Made by a program: the position numbers and the translations under genes. DNA of 64,000 bases from Tubiluchus corallicola (lineage: Eukaryota > Animalia > Priapulida): positions 124,001-188,000 of the forward strand of contig JAQGDQ010000166.1 in the NCBI GenBank assembly GCA_030141605.1, given 5' to 3'. The notes beneath the pieces are model-generated. The model had not been told where the DNA came from, ran no database searches, and worked only from the letters and a program-made list of their open reading frames with translations. Shown here piece after piece: positions 41,623 to 54,332 of the stretch. Within the stretch, counting starts at the first letter, position 1. The number at the start of each line of letters is the position of its first letter.

Positions 41623-42285
41623 CTCTAAGACACAGTATCTACACATTACTAATGAGCTAGTTTGTCAGAAGACTTTTATAACATTTCATATATCTAAAAA
41701 TAGGTTAGGTGCAAGTTTAAGATCACGTATGTCATGTTACCTTTACAAGGTCAAAACTACCTATAAATGTGGCTTCGAAATCGCGACTGTTTTAAACGTG
41801 CAACAGTCCGAGACACGAGGTTTTTTAACAACAACCCCTAAAAGTATAGGGTGCCCACTTCTGCCTCGAAATTGATCACAAAAAATGAGCCAAGGCAGCT
41901 GCTAAATTACTTTCCGATAAGCTCTATAATTTGCGCGAATCTACCGTATAATTTCGATGAAATATTTATGATTTTTCTTCGTAATTACGCAGCAATTATA
42001 GATTTTGCGAACAACAACGCGGCCAGTATTTATTTTTCATGGCGGATTGCCAATAATATCGCTGTTTTAATTATTGTGGGCGCAGAAGCAGAATTATTAT
42101 CAAACACAGGGAAATGCATTAGCGTCTTAGTAGCTGTAAGCTGCATAATTTTTGCCGTGAAATCTCATTTGCATATACAATGCCTGCAGTGCCTTTGATT
42201 TTAACTATAAATCAATGGTGGATCTATCCTAGACATATATGCACATACTGTACATTGTAAAATACTGTACTACTATAAACATTAA

Positions 42286-42440
42286 AGCAAAGCTTGACCT
42301 AACCCTAAACTGTAGGTCAAAACAATCGACTCTTTAAAATATTGAAACACACCTATTACAGTATTGCGGGTGTAAAAATGCATACTTTTTACCGTACTTC
42401 AAAATTGGCTAGTACAGGAAAAAAATCATCCTGTCTTGCT
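42286..42440 (-). mobile_element. Family C, internally deleted ~155 bp mini copy
   Basis: Retains both ends: TTAA|AGCAAAGC...AAACTGTAGGTCAAAACAATCGACTC and AAAAATCATCCTGTCTTGCT. Confidence 0.7.
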
Positions 42441-43889
42441 TAGTTAAAAACACGTATCGTACAACGTATATCGCACAATCATGACAGGTCAGAAACTTGA
42501 CATTTATTGCTCCCAGAGGAAGGTGAGACAACAAATGAGGAATTTTAATTATTATTATTATTATTATTATTAAAATATAGACAGGTAATTCCTAAACAAA
42601 CATACAACGGTCTCTTCCTTCTCTTTTCTTCTTCTTTCAGCATTTATTTCACCCGGACATGGACGAGCACACAATGCATTGTCCTTGGAGGCACCTATCC
42701 TGAATGACCACCCCCTGTGCAATAATTACTAGGTCTTCTATAAGCAGCCATGTGAGCAATACGTTTGGGATCTGTTGAACGGTAAACTTTCTGTGATAAG
42801 ATAAAAAAGATCTTTCAGGAGCTAACGCCTCTAATGCCAAAAGAGAAAAATCGGGGAGCCATTAAAGGCTTCACGAAGTTTTAGCTAAGCTGAGTAAACC
42901 TGTTTCATGGGAAAAAGACAAAATGCATCTTGGGATTCGAGAGAAAGGTTACATTGTTTTCTGGTCGAATAGGGCTTTTCACGGTTTCTTTGTGCGCATG
43001 CGCAGTTATAGGAAGAAGCCAGCACCACTCTGCACCACTTGCAAATATTATAAGGACCACCATTTGAAATTATAAGTGATAAAAAGCTCACTTAACAGCT
43101 TTAAACATTTCTTCAGTAACAGAGTTGTAAGTTTATAGAATAAACTGCCATCGTATGCGAATGATGTTCCAACTGTAAATGCTGAAAATGATTTAAAAAA
43201 CGGCCATGTCATCTTAATTTGAGAAAATTTTTACTTTTTAACAGACACTTGTAAGCAGCTATTTCAAGTTCTTTGTGTTTTTCATCGTAATCTTGTACTT
43301 ATATTATTATCATCACTTTGTTTTAATTTGCACTGTTTTTCTAGTTTATTTCACTTTTACGGCACCAAGATGTTAATTATATGTTAACTTGTCGTGATAA
43401 TTTGATTTTAATTAACTTTGCTAATATTTTATTAGATAATTTTATTTTGTCACTAACCTAACGGGATTAATTAATTTTTGAAAATTGTTATCAATGTCAG
43501 TTAGGAAGGTAATAATAATAATAATACAATGCTAGCATAGCTATTGTAAGTTGTTAAATATGACATGTAAATACTGTTAACTGTTATAGCGCTGCAAATA
43601 GAGGGCGCATGTGTATATGTATATGTTTATTAATTATTAATTATTTATTAATTAATTTAGTTATAATTATTTAATATTAATTATTTAGTTATAGTAGCTA
43701 TTAGTTATGTTATTAATTAGTTATTATTAGTTTATGATTCGTTATTATAATTAGTTTATTATTATATTAGTTATATAATTTATTATTAATATTTATTAAT
43801 TTTTTAATTTACTGAAATCAAAACGGCAAACCAACTGTGCAAATTACTGTAAGGAAAATGTCACCAAAGAAACTGGTAAAGACAATAAC

Positions 43890-44290
43890 GAAAAGAGAAA
43901 ATTACGAACTTATTCGAAGTTTAAAAACGAGTTCGTGGAAGAGAGATAGTCTTTGTTAATAAAAAGAGCAAACTTTACAAAGTTGCGTATTAGCTCACAC
44001 AACCTCCTTACTGAGAAAAACCGGAACACCAAATCTAAAATCAACTTTAACAACAGACTAGGCCATTTTTATAAAGATCAAAAAATTACTGACGAAAAGC
44101 ATTTAAATCTCGAATGTAACAATGATAATGATTTAAGACAAAACCTGTTCTCTCAAGTGAACGAAATTTTGCCAAACTTTATTAATCTTACGGTACAGGG
44201 AAAAATTATATTTCTGATCAATGATAATGAAAGTGAACTTGAAATTTAATTTCAAACTATATTACAGACTGTTTTAAAAGAACAAAATAA
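43890..44290 (+). mobile_element. Non-LTR retrotransposon ORF2 C-terminal fragment (degenerate)
   Basis: Translates KLRTYSKFKNEF..., then TKLRISSHNLLTE...DEKHLNLECN..LRQNLF: the KLRTY / LRISxHxL / EDExH..C pattern of LINE C-termini, with a stop and lost cysteines. Confidence 0.75.
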
Positions 44291-44996
44291 TATCTTAGTC
44301 ACAGAAAATCATATTCAATTGATACCAAAGCACATTATTATATTATATTTATAACGTATAATACATAATGTAATATATATATGTACATATGTATTTAATG
44401 ATATATATGTATACGTATATATATATATATATAATATAACAAAGAGCATAATTATATTATATTTATAAACGTGCAAATATTATTTACCGTTTAACTTCTA
44501 CTGTTTCAATAATATGACGATTGTATCCAAGTGTTGGGATGTTTTGTAAGTTCTGTGATTTTTACATACCTTGTATTGTATATTGTTTTGTGTCGTTCGT
44601 CAATAAACTAAAACTATGTTTATATGTTCAAAATAGAGAATTATAATAATAATAATTCTAGATATGGGTTCTTTTGCTCTACCTGCCTGGATCCGCCATC
44701 GAAAGCCAATTGTCTGAATCTTGCTTATTGGTTTATAACGCTGGAATACACAATAAGACACGCGGAGGTTCACAGAAGATCGCCTACATACAACCTTAAA
44801 TTAAGGAAATTAGAGAAGAAATTTGTGCAGCGGGCTGTGCTTGCATTCCCGACTCCCAGGAGCAATAACGGCACGGAACGCCCGCTGAATGATACATGTT
44901 ATATGCTATGATGTTACCGACTATTCATTCCTGTGCTAAAGACCACTCAAGCTATGTTGATTGACTAGGTATCTTTTTTACTTTTTAAGAAACTAA

Positions 44997-45621
44997 AGCA
45001 GAACCGGACTCAATGTTAAACTGAAGGTCAAAACAATCTACTCTTTGAAATATTGAAAGGAAACGTTCTATTTTTTCAAAAGTGATTCACGTGAAAGAAT
45101 TATTACCACACAAACACAATATCACGTTCGTGCCACTAGTTTTTCGCTGTTACATGCATTTCACCATTCACTAGTTAGACGAGCACTAGCACCTGCATTG
45201 CGGAAAGGCATTGCACAAAAACAGGTACTGTACCTCCCATTTCAGATGTGTTAGTTTGTGACGAACTACACACGTTCGACAGCTCATGCGTGAGCACAGG
45301 AGTAAATTTTAAATTTGAATTTTTACCTTAAAACTTACCTAGTTTTAGCACAACACACTGAATCTCTTACAGTAGCAAAGTACTTCAATTTTCGCTTTCA
45401 CAAACGCATGCAACACGCTCGTGGAACATTTTCCTCTTGAAAATTAGGTTAGTTTGTGATGTCGTCAATAGTTGGGCTCGCCCACCGTTAATTAAGTTTT
45501 TTATCTACTATATAATTATCGTAAACGCTTTTGCAGTATTAATTGTGTTAAAACGTATACTTTTTATCGGATTTTAAAATGGGGTAGTATATGAAAAATC
45601 GTCCTGTCTTCCTTTCTTCCT
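44997..45621 (-). mobile_element. Family C, full copy
   Basis: cTAA|AGCAGAACCGGACTCAAT ... AAAAATCGTCCTGTCTTCCT(TTCTTCCT)|TTAA. Confidence 0.85.
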
Positions 45622-46519
45622 TTAAAGAAATTTGAGCAGCAGGCCTGTGCATGCATTCCCGACTCCCAGGAGCAATAACAGCACGGAACGCTCGCTATTT
45701 CATACATGTTTTATGCTATGGTGTTACCGACTATTCATTCTGCGCTAATGATCAATGAAGCCAAGTTGGTAGGGCTTCGCCGAACGTTTTTGTAGCCTAG
45801 GTATGTTCACAACGAATCACGCTAATAGATTTGCCATTGTCATCAATTCAATTTGTCGTTTCGTATTCGATGAGCGCGCCTCCTGTTGGCATGAGAAGAA
45901 AAAACGAAATTGCATGTTCAGAAATGGATGCTACAGAGTTTACACAATGGATGAACGTTGCCCAGTGAGTGCAAGGCCATCTCTACCGCTAAAGCACAGG
46001 AAACCCCTCAGCTTACATCAAGCTTTTCCGTCTAATAGTACTATAATAAGCTAATGCCGCAGCTATAATTATCACACTTAAAAGTTCGACAGAGGCAAGG
46101 TTTCCAAAAATTATTGCCTGCAATTTTCACGAACAGTGACCAAAATGGCGGAAAGAGCACAGCGAGCTTTTTTAATACGCAAGGCGACAACGGACACGTG
46201 GAAACAATCAGCACGCATTGCGGATCACGCATTACGCATCACACATTACGTGCTCATGGAGTCGTGCCTTTACGGTTGTGAAGGTCATGAAGCTGGTGAT
46301 CGAAATGGATCTATAACTGAAAAAAGCAGTTATGGTTTCCAAAATTTTTATGAAAAACTGAGGCAAAATCTAGACGATAACAACTGAAAATGTAGAAGTT
46401 TGATTGCTCGTTGAAACCCAGGACGTATAATGGGATCACAAATTCGATTTCAAATGAAATCAACACAAAATTTAGATAGATAATTGACTACAATTAAATA
46501 TTACACTATGTCATGCAAG

Positions 46520-46825
46520 AAAAATTTAATTTTGAGGGTACGGTGGGGACCGTGGTTGAAGGTGTTTACCGTTGACGAGGGGGCGCTAAAAATATTTTTG
46601 TCTAGGACAAAAGGACAAAGACACGTGTTTACCGTCGTTGGAACAACAGAAAACGTTAGCCACAGGTAGCATAAACGTCTCTTAACGAATTCAGCAACAC
46701 TGAGACGACACAAACAAATAATACAGACAACAAGTGTTTGCGCCAACACAAGTGGTCGTGAGATTCGAACTCGGGCTGCAAGCAGAGAAGCACTCGCCGT
46801 TACCTTGACCACTCGGGCACCCGTA
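46520..46825 (-). mobile_element. tRNA-derived SINE
   Basis: Minus strand head GGTGCCCGAGTGGTCAAGG (A box) ... GAGTTCGAATCTC (B box) at ~46760-46821, followed by a non-tRNA body; no clean cloverleaf. Confidence 0.6.
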
Positions 46826-47084
46826 CTAACAGTATTTATTTTACAAACATAAACACAAGTACAATTAACAAATCACACAGTTAAATAAACAACGCATACA
46901 GGAACACGTCCCTACAAATACAGGACTCTTTTTAATCGAAGTTGATTTTAAAAAATACCATAATTTATAAGAAACACATCTACGTGTATATCACAGTGCT
47001 GGTTGAATATATTAACTCGTAGCAAAATTAGTTCGTACCTCTTAATTTAGAATCACGTATTGTTGATATTTCATGTACATAGTT

Positions 47085-47360
47085 ACTCAACAGTTTCTTA
47101 ACTTCCACATCTCCACTTTTGTTTAAAAATATAAACTTATCAATATCACACGCGGATGAGAATTCTGGAAAACTTCCACATCTCCACTTTTGTTTAAAAA
47201 TATATCAATATAACACGTGGATGAGAATTCTGGAAAAATATTTGATCTTTGATTTAAGAACGCAGTTCTTTCTTGACGATAAACATTGCATTGCATACTA
47301 AAGTGAAATTCATCTTCCGTGCTCCCATTCTTACATAAAGTACATTTTCTCACATCAGCT
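47085..47360 (-). mobile_element. Non-LTR retrotransposon C-terminal zinc-finger fragment
   Basis: RKCTLCKNGSTEDEFHFSMQCNVYRQER (CxxC..EDExH..C); contains a 71-bp tandem duplication at 47101/47172. Confidence 0.75.
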
Positions 47361-47382
47361 GGTGTTTTAGCTGATATCTTTA

Positions 47383-47602
47383 GAAGAAAAGGAAATGTTA
47401 AACTACGTCCCAAAAACTTTTCATGCAAAGTTATGTTACTTAGCATTTAGCTTACCTGCTGGTAATACTTATGCAACTAAAAATAATAATTTAAAATGTT
47501 CGTGCTAATTAGTAAAATGTCGCTTAATCACCCTGCAGGGTGCGCCACTCAGTAATCAAAAACCTACAATGATTTAAGATTTTACTTAGTTAGTGACGTG
47601 AC
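47383..47602 (+). mobile_element. Family A, internal fragment
   Basis: GAAGAAAAGGAAATGTTAA...CATGCAAAGTTATGTTACTTAGCATTT. Confidence 0.65.
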
Positions 47603-48132
47603 AAATAGTATGAATATCAAATTTTTCTCTCTTCAGTCACTAGAAGGTTAAATAAAGTGCATTTTCTCATACCAACAGAAGTTTTAAACTTGCATTATAT
47701 TCGTTCCTGTTTCCGAAAGAAAAACTCGGATTCAACAGGGAAGCCAGTCTAGAGCCGCCGCCAGATTATTTTCTCCAAACGAGGGACGGGCTTTATATGT
47801 CAAACATTCGGTGCACAATGAAAAGTTCAGTAATGTTGGTTTTGGTGTGTTAAGTGATTGGCATCTGCATTACCCGTCACGGCATTGTATATGCAAACTG
47901 TCAGCGGTTAAATCTGCAATGCAGATGCAATTCGCAAAAAGCCACAAGATGGCGATAAAAGAGGCCATTTTCCCCCGTGAATTAGACGGATCAACGACGT
48001 TCATTTAAACTCATTTATATAATTCATGTAATTTTTCGTAATTACGCAAGCACGCTGTCAGACGAATGGGACGACAGTGAAAAATGAAGCGCTGATTTTC
48101 TGTCAATGGAAAAACACGCAATTGATTTGTTC

Positions 48133-48555
48133 AGGAACATCACGATTATTGTTGATAAATGATGGTCACTCCATGGGTCGGGAATATGTCGATTATTGTT
48201 GAAAAAGGATGGTCACTCCATGGGACGGGAACATCACGATTATTGTTGATAAATGATGGTCACTCCATGGGTCGGGAATATGTCGATTATTGTTGAAAAA
48301 GGATGGTCACTCCATGGGTCGGCAACATGACGATTATTGTCCATAAAAGATAGTCACTCCATGGGACGGGAACATGACGATTATTGTCCATAAAAGATAG
48401 TCACTCCATGGGACGGGAACATGACGATTATTGTTCATAAAAGATAGTCACTCCATGGGACGGGAACATGACGATTATTGTCCATAAAAGATAGTCACTC
48501 CATGGGACGGGAACGTGACGATTAATGTCCATAAAAGATAGTCACTCCATGGGTC
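48133..48555 (+). repeat. 47-bp minisatellite, 9 units
   Basis: Unit GGGAACATGACGATTATTGTCCATAAAAGATAGTCACTCCATGGGAC; CCATGGG at 48171 and 48547 is 8 x 47 apart. Confidence 0.95.
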
Positions 48556-48906
48556 ACACGAGTCAGTTCAACATCTACATACTATGCTAGCTCGGTTGCT
48601 TTGATTACGTTTACAGCACAAGAAAACAGTCTTCTAAATAATGCTTTAAAAGTTCATCCACTTACATGCTGTCATATTTCATACAGAGCTTGCGCTAGTA
48701 ACGACCCTGTATTAAACTCCCGCGATGACCAACTGACCAATAGGCTCAGCAATTTTAGTGGTAAGCAGTTTGAAGTAACTTTCTAGAAAACATTTCGAAA
48801 AGAAATATCAAATCATTGACAACTCATAACCAAAGATCTTCAAAGCTTAATTTCTCGAATGACGAAATTTCAGCTTTAAGTTTGTACACCACGTATTCTG
48901 AGTTAA

Positions 48907-49464
48907 AGGAAAGGGCAAGTCACTCAGGATGCCGGGTTTATTCTGCTGTTATCACTTTAACATAGAAAAATTTAACAAACAAATTTGCAAAGAACTGTCT
49001 ATAAAGCGTAAATTTAAAATAAACTACCTCTGAATAGAAATTCTCAGGCGTGGTTGTTGCTGCCATTCACTTGAAAATCGTGACGTAACTAGGAAACTTC
49101 GCGACTTTTCGTAAGTGCGTCGTGGCTTTCCGTAAACGCGCTAATTCAAACTAATTTCCTTAAGCTAATTCAAACTTCTGCAGCTTACCTAATATTCATA
49201 TTACAAAGTTAGATGTCTGTTTTTTGTAAAAACTTATACTTTTGACGAACAATGACACTGCGCTACTTTTCTTCAAGACGAATGACGTCATTAGAAGAAG
49301 AATGGGCATTCAACATGGGATCACCCAAGCATGAAATGATCGTAACTTTAAAGTGATTTTACTCGTTAAACGAGGCGCTTATTGCACTATTATTACTAAA
49401 TCCTTTTAGCATTTTTCGCGAACATTGAAATAAGCCAAACTTTCCAGAATGCTTGACTTTTCCT
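48907..49464 (+). mobile_element. Family B, full copy
   Basis: TTAA|AGGAAAGGGCAAGTCACTC ... GCTTGACTTTTCCT|TTAA. Confidence 0.85.
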
Positions 49465-50589
49465 TTAACGCAGTTCATCAAATCTAGGAGATGAATAGTC
49501 GAGTGGCTTCCTGCTGTTGCATCACCGAGGGCCATCCTCGTATCACGTGTGTTTCTGGTTAGCTCCTGGTGTGAAAATAAACAGCATATCGACAGAAAAG
49601 CATGTAGAGAAACATGTGCATCACAGATACTCCGTGCCCTTTGCACCAGCTTCCTCATCACTTAGACTAGCAATAAAAGATCCCTCAGTTCCCTCTGCGA
49701 TCACGGTTATCTAATTTTAGACAAATTTTAACTTTTTATTATGGTACTAAACTGTAAGCAAACAACCAGAGCCATGCAGCAGCAGCCATATTTTTACTGT
49801 TGAAATTTTGCAAGCGAGGCGAAGTACTCAATTTGTACGTGAGAATGGTACTGTTACTACGACCATAAAAACTTGGATAGAGTGAGTTAACCTAAAAAAA
49901 TCCCGACTAAGAATCGTACATACACATATTGTTTAAAGGAAGACAGGATGATTTTTCATATATTACCCAATTTTCAAGTCCGATAAAAAAAGTACACATT
50001 GTTGCACAATTAAAACTACAAAATCGTTTCTGATAATTAAATTACAGATTAAAATCTTAATTAATGAAGGGCGAGCTCAACGATTGATGACGTCACAAAC
50101 CAACATAATTTTCATCCGCAAAAACACATCATTATTTTGTGGCAAATAAAGATATATATATATATATATATATTTGTCATAAAATAATTGATAGCATATG
50201 TGAAATATCATTCAAAAATACTACTAAATATGAGATGGAACATATACATACAATGAGTGCAAATTGTAAAATCGTCTCTCTCACACCATATTCCCAAGAG
50301 AACAATGTTAGCTAATCATAAAATAATAAAATAGATAATTATACGAATTGTTTTAAAGGCAGCATGCAGCTGTTAAAACCTGCATTTTATGAGAGCACGA
50401 GAGCAAGGGAGATTAGGGTGCTAAAATCGGATAATGCGTAAGTGCAAAAAAGGAAAGGGTTATAATATTAAAACCTGGAGTTTAGGGAAGATTATAGTGT
50501 AACATCGGATAATGCATAAATGGAAAAAGGAAAAGGTTATATTATTAAAACCTGTCGAAGAGATAAGTATCTCTTGTAATCAGAGAGAG

Positions 50590-50726
50590 TTTTTTCCTCT
50601 TCTGCTAATGGACATGAAGTCCCTAGCCTTTCTTTCTCACCATCCTCCTAGTAGATTTTCATCTGTCAGCCGATGGTGAGAAAGAAAGGCTAGGGACTTC
50701 ATGTCCATTAGCAGAAGAGGAAAAAA
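50590..50726. repeat. Perfect 55-bp inverted repeat with 27-nt loop
   Basis: 50590-50644 is the exact reverse complement of 50672-50726. Confidence 0.95.
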
Positions 50727-50837
50727 AATGTAGTCCCTAGCCTTTCTAATCTTTGATATTTTCACAGTTTTATCTGAAAATCAACGGTTATAAACATTTC
50801 ACAGAATAGTTAAAATTATTTCGTAAAACTTTTGACC

Positions 50838-51130
50838 ATGCTGTTGTCGTCGTTGTTGTTGTTGTTGTTGTTGTTGCTGCTGCTGCTGCTGATGGCATGG
50901 ATACTGTTGCTGCTGTTGCTGTTGTTGCTGCTGTTGATGGTGATGGTATTGATACATATGTTGCTGTTGCTGTTGTTACTGCTGTTGCTGCTGCTGTTGT
51001 TGTTGCTTCTGCTGCTGATGGTATTGATATTGTTGTTGTTGCTGCTGCTGGCCACTACTGGTACTGCTGCTGTTGTTGTTACCGCTGCTGTTGGTGTTGT
51101 TGTGGCTGCTACTACTGCTAGTGTTGGTGA
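50838..51130. repeat. (GTT)/(GCT) compound microsatellite
   Basis: Seen directly. Confidence 0.9.
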
Positions 51131-52589
51131 TGTTTTTCGTAGTCCTGTATGACATATTTACTCGACAACTACTAAACTACTTGCGCCTAACGAGCTTCCG
51201 AGATGCAGGCGCTTGTGTCCATCTAATTAGTGAATGGCGGGATTGTATGTAATACCGAAATTACGTTTCTGTGCTAATAAGTTTTTGTGTAAGTCAATTT
51301 TGAAGTAATGGTACATTCCTTTTCAGCATTTTGTAGGGTAGATTGTCTTGAGCTGTAGTTTAAGATTGGGTCCAGTTTTCCTTTAAGGCAGTTTGTTAAC
51401 GTGTTGAAATGATTAATACCCAGATAAAACTCGTGAAATTTTCACATACCGTATAAATTATAATTTTCACATTTTCCATATTTCTGTTCACTTTCAAGGC
51501 ATCTAAAATAGAAACATCGCTTAAATTAAAGCAACAGCTTAAAAGTAGATAAATCTGTATTAGCCAAATATTGATTTGTATACAGATATAAGAATTTAAG
51601 CTCTAGAATACATACATATATATATATATACATATAACGTTCCGAGTGCTACTGCATTCCTAATTTTTATATAATGATCAGGAAAATATACTACATTTTT
51701 TTTACGGGTTCGTCTGCTGTTTTTAAGGCTATTTAGTTAAAAACAAAACAAGATGAAACATAAATTTTAAAGCTATAATTATTACAAAAGAAAAGAGTAC
51801 AACAGCAAGTCAACAATAAGAGTTCAAAATTACTACTAATGGCTTGCTGTGAAAAACCCATAGGAAAGAGGAGGGTAAGAACATGAATGCGCATAACTTA
51901 TCTGAATGTTCATGACGATATTGTGCACAATACAACGATCCTCCTCCTACAAGGACAACGCTGACGCCGGCAACATGACGATCATCCATGAGCCATAACA
52001 ATGCAGATGACGACAGCTAACCACCGGCTTCCAGCTACCCTCTTGTAGTCTACATCACCAACGTACCAACAGCTGACTGGAATAGAATAACATCACACTT
52101 CTGTGGCTTGACCAGCTCTTGAAACCATGTAACAGCAAAGAGACTGAGAAAGACAGCCTAGGAAAACTGCCCTTTTTGCCAAAACAACACTTAGCTCAGC
52201 TCTCCATGGTAAACAAGTTACATCACAGATCGTGTACCAGCCTTTCCAGACAAATACGTTAACTACAGGTATGCTGGAACATTCCCACTGGTCAGACCAA
52301 CAACGAACGTCTGTACCAGTGAAAAGTATCAACTCAACTGTTCAGAACAGGTATTGCTTTTTCTGCATAAGCAAACGAAGCACTCCAACAGGCAAGTAGA
52401 AACCATTTTAAGTGACAGGGGTGAGGAGATGATGAAATGAAAAAACACATACAGCAATGCAAGCCAGTTACTATCAAAATTAACAACACACACCTCACTA
52501 TATATATATATATCAAGGACTACTATACAACTATATACTATATACGTGTATAGTAGTCCTTGATATATATATATATATATATTGTGAGT

Positions 52590-53400
52590 CAACTTTTCTC
52601 ACCATTCTTTAGTTTATCAAATGGGCTCAGGCAAGGAAGTACTCTCCCAAAAACGTTTTTAACAGTTATGTTTGTGAACTGAGTGTAAATTTAACTGATT
52701 CTAAAATAAGATGCGCTCTAGGAGGCATTTACTGCAATCAACTGTCCTATGCAGATGATGTATGCTTGTTGGCTCTCAGCACTTCGGAGCTTCAGCAGCC
52801 TATAAATGTTTATAATGATTTTGCAATTAATTATGAAATCGTTGTGAACACGAGTAAAACTAAAATTCTATCCATAAAACCCGCTTGTGTGAGACACTTA
52901 GAAACTAGTGACGTCATTTAAATAATGTACTTTTAAAAAATGTGAATGAAGAGAATATCTTGACCATATCTTTCATTATGAAAATAGGGATGATCGTGAT
53001 ATAGATAAACAGCGTGCTCCATTGTACATAACAAATTGGTCAAACAAATTGATAAGAATTTTTTCAAAATGAAGCGCAAATGCAAAAAGAAAATTTTCTA
53101 TATCGGTTTGTTCATACTTTTACTGTGGTACAAACTTCGTGATTATAGTTTTAATCACATAAATATTGCATACAATAAAGGCACCGAAAATGATTACAGC
53201 TCCAATATGACTGTTCTGCAAGGGGAAAGTGTGTTCAACTCAAAATAATGTATTTTTTCACTATAATTCGAAAATATTAACTTAAAAACAGGCTGTGAAA
53301 AAGTTGTAATATTTTGGTACTGAACATAAAAAATAACGAATGCAGGTATAAATCTAAAATTCACCAGCACTTGCTCAAAGTTTTATATGTATCAAACAGG
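52590..53400 (+). mobile_element. LINE reverse-transcriptase pseudogene fragment
   Basis: Hand translation: FSLSNGLRQGSTL / FNSYVCELSVNLTDSKIRCALGGIYCNQLSYADDVCLLALSTSELQQ...NTSKTK; YADD at 52748-52759; frameshifted, so not shown in the ORF track. Confidence 0.85.
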
Positions 53401-53776
53401 CTATTATGACATCATTATATTTTTATTGCAGACTTTCAATATTTTTGCATACACTTTGTTTATTGTATTACTTTTAAACTATTGATGTTTTATTGCTTAT
53501 AATGCCTATGCGAACGTTCAGTGAGGGGGGTTATATCTGCTGTATATAGAGGTGTGTTTTGCTCATTTTTTGTATAATGCTGTTTTTACGCTTTTAACTC
53601 TTGCTTTTTTATATGGAAGAAATTCTGAAATAGAGGCTTAAATTCATAAATTCAAATTCGTGAATGCCAAATATGGATAATTTTAATTTTCACTACCTAA
53701 TGTTTTAATAAGAACAATAATTTTACACGACACATCCGTACCTGCAGCCATTGTCATTGTTTGTCATCATTATTAA

Positions 53777-54332
53777 AGGAGAGGTCAAGCCTTCTGGGTA
53801 GTTAAGCTTATTTCAATGTTCACGAAAAATGCAAGAGATTTAACAATAATAAAACTGCAATAAGCCTTTCATAACTAGTAAAATCACTTTAAAGTCGCGA
53901 TCACTTCATGCTTGGACGCTCCCATTTTCATACCCATTCTTCTTCCAATGACGTCATTCGTCTTGAAGAAAATTAACGCTTTGTCAATCTTCATCAAATG
54001 TATAACAAGTTTTTACAAAATAATTAGATAGCTAATTTTGTAATATTTTTGCGTGAGAATGTCGTAAGCTGCAGAAGTTTGAATTAGTTTAAGCAGCTCG
54101 TGCTTACGGAAAGCCACGACGCGCTTACGAAAAGTCACGACGTCTCCCAGTTACGTCATAATTTTTAAGTGAATGGCGGCACTCACCAAGCCTGGAAATT
54201 TCTATTCAGAGGTAGTATATTTTAAATTTATGCTTTATAGGCAGTTCTTTGCAAATTTCTTTGTTATATTTTTCTAAGTTTAAGTGACAATAGTAAAATA
54301 AACCCAACATACTGAATGACTTGTCTTTTCCT
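53777..54332 (-). mobile_element. Family B, full 556 bp copy
   Basis: TTAA|AGGAGAGGTCAAGCC ... GACTTGTCTTTTCCT|TTAA. Confidence 0.85.

Larger units (their letters stand above)
49937..51382 (+). mobile_element. Family C ends (49937-~50125 and ~51195-51382) separated by ~1.1 kb of other sequence
   Basis: TTAA|AGGAAGACAGGATGATTTTT at left and TTTAAGATTGGGTCCAGTTTTCCT|TTAA at right. Confidence 0.6.

Noticed and set aside
46754-46822. Functional tRNA gene
   Set aside because: A and B boxes are present, but there is no convincing acceptor or anticodon stem; treated as a SINE head.
49600-49665. Penelope-like motif (VMRKLVQRARSICD)
   Set aside because: Only about 14 residues resemble the motif and the flanks do not continue it.
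51850-52450. GC-richer stretch that might be a retroelement or gene remnant
   Set aside because: No frame gave a motif I could identify; blastx would be needed.
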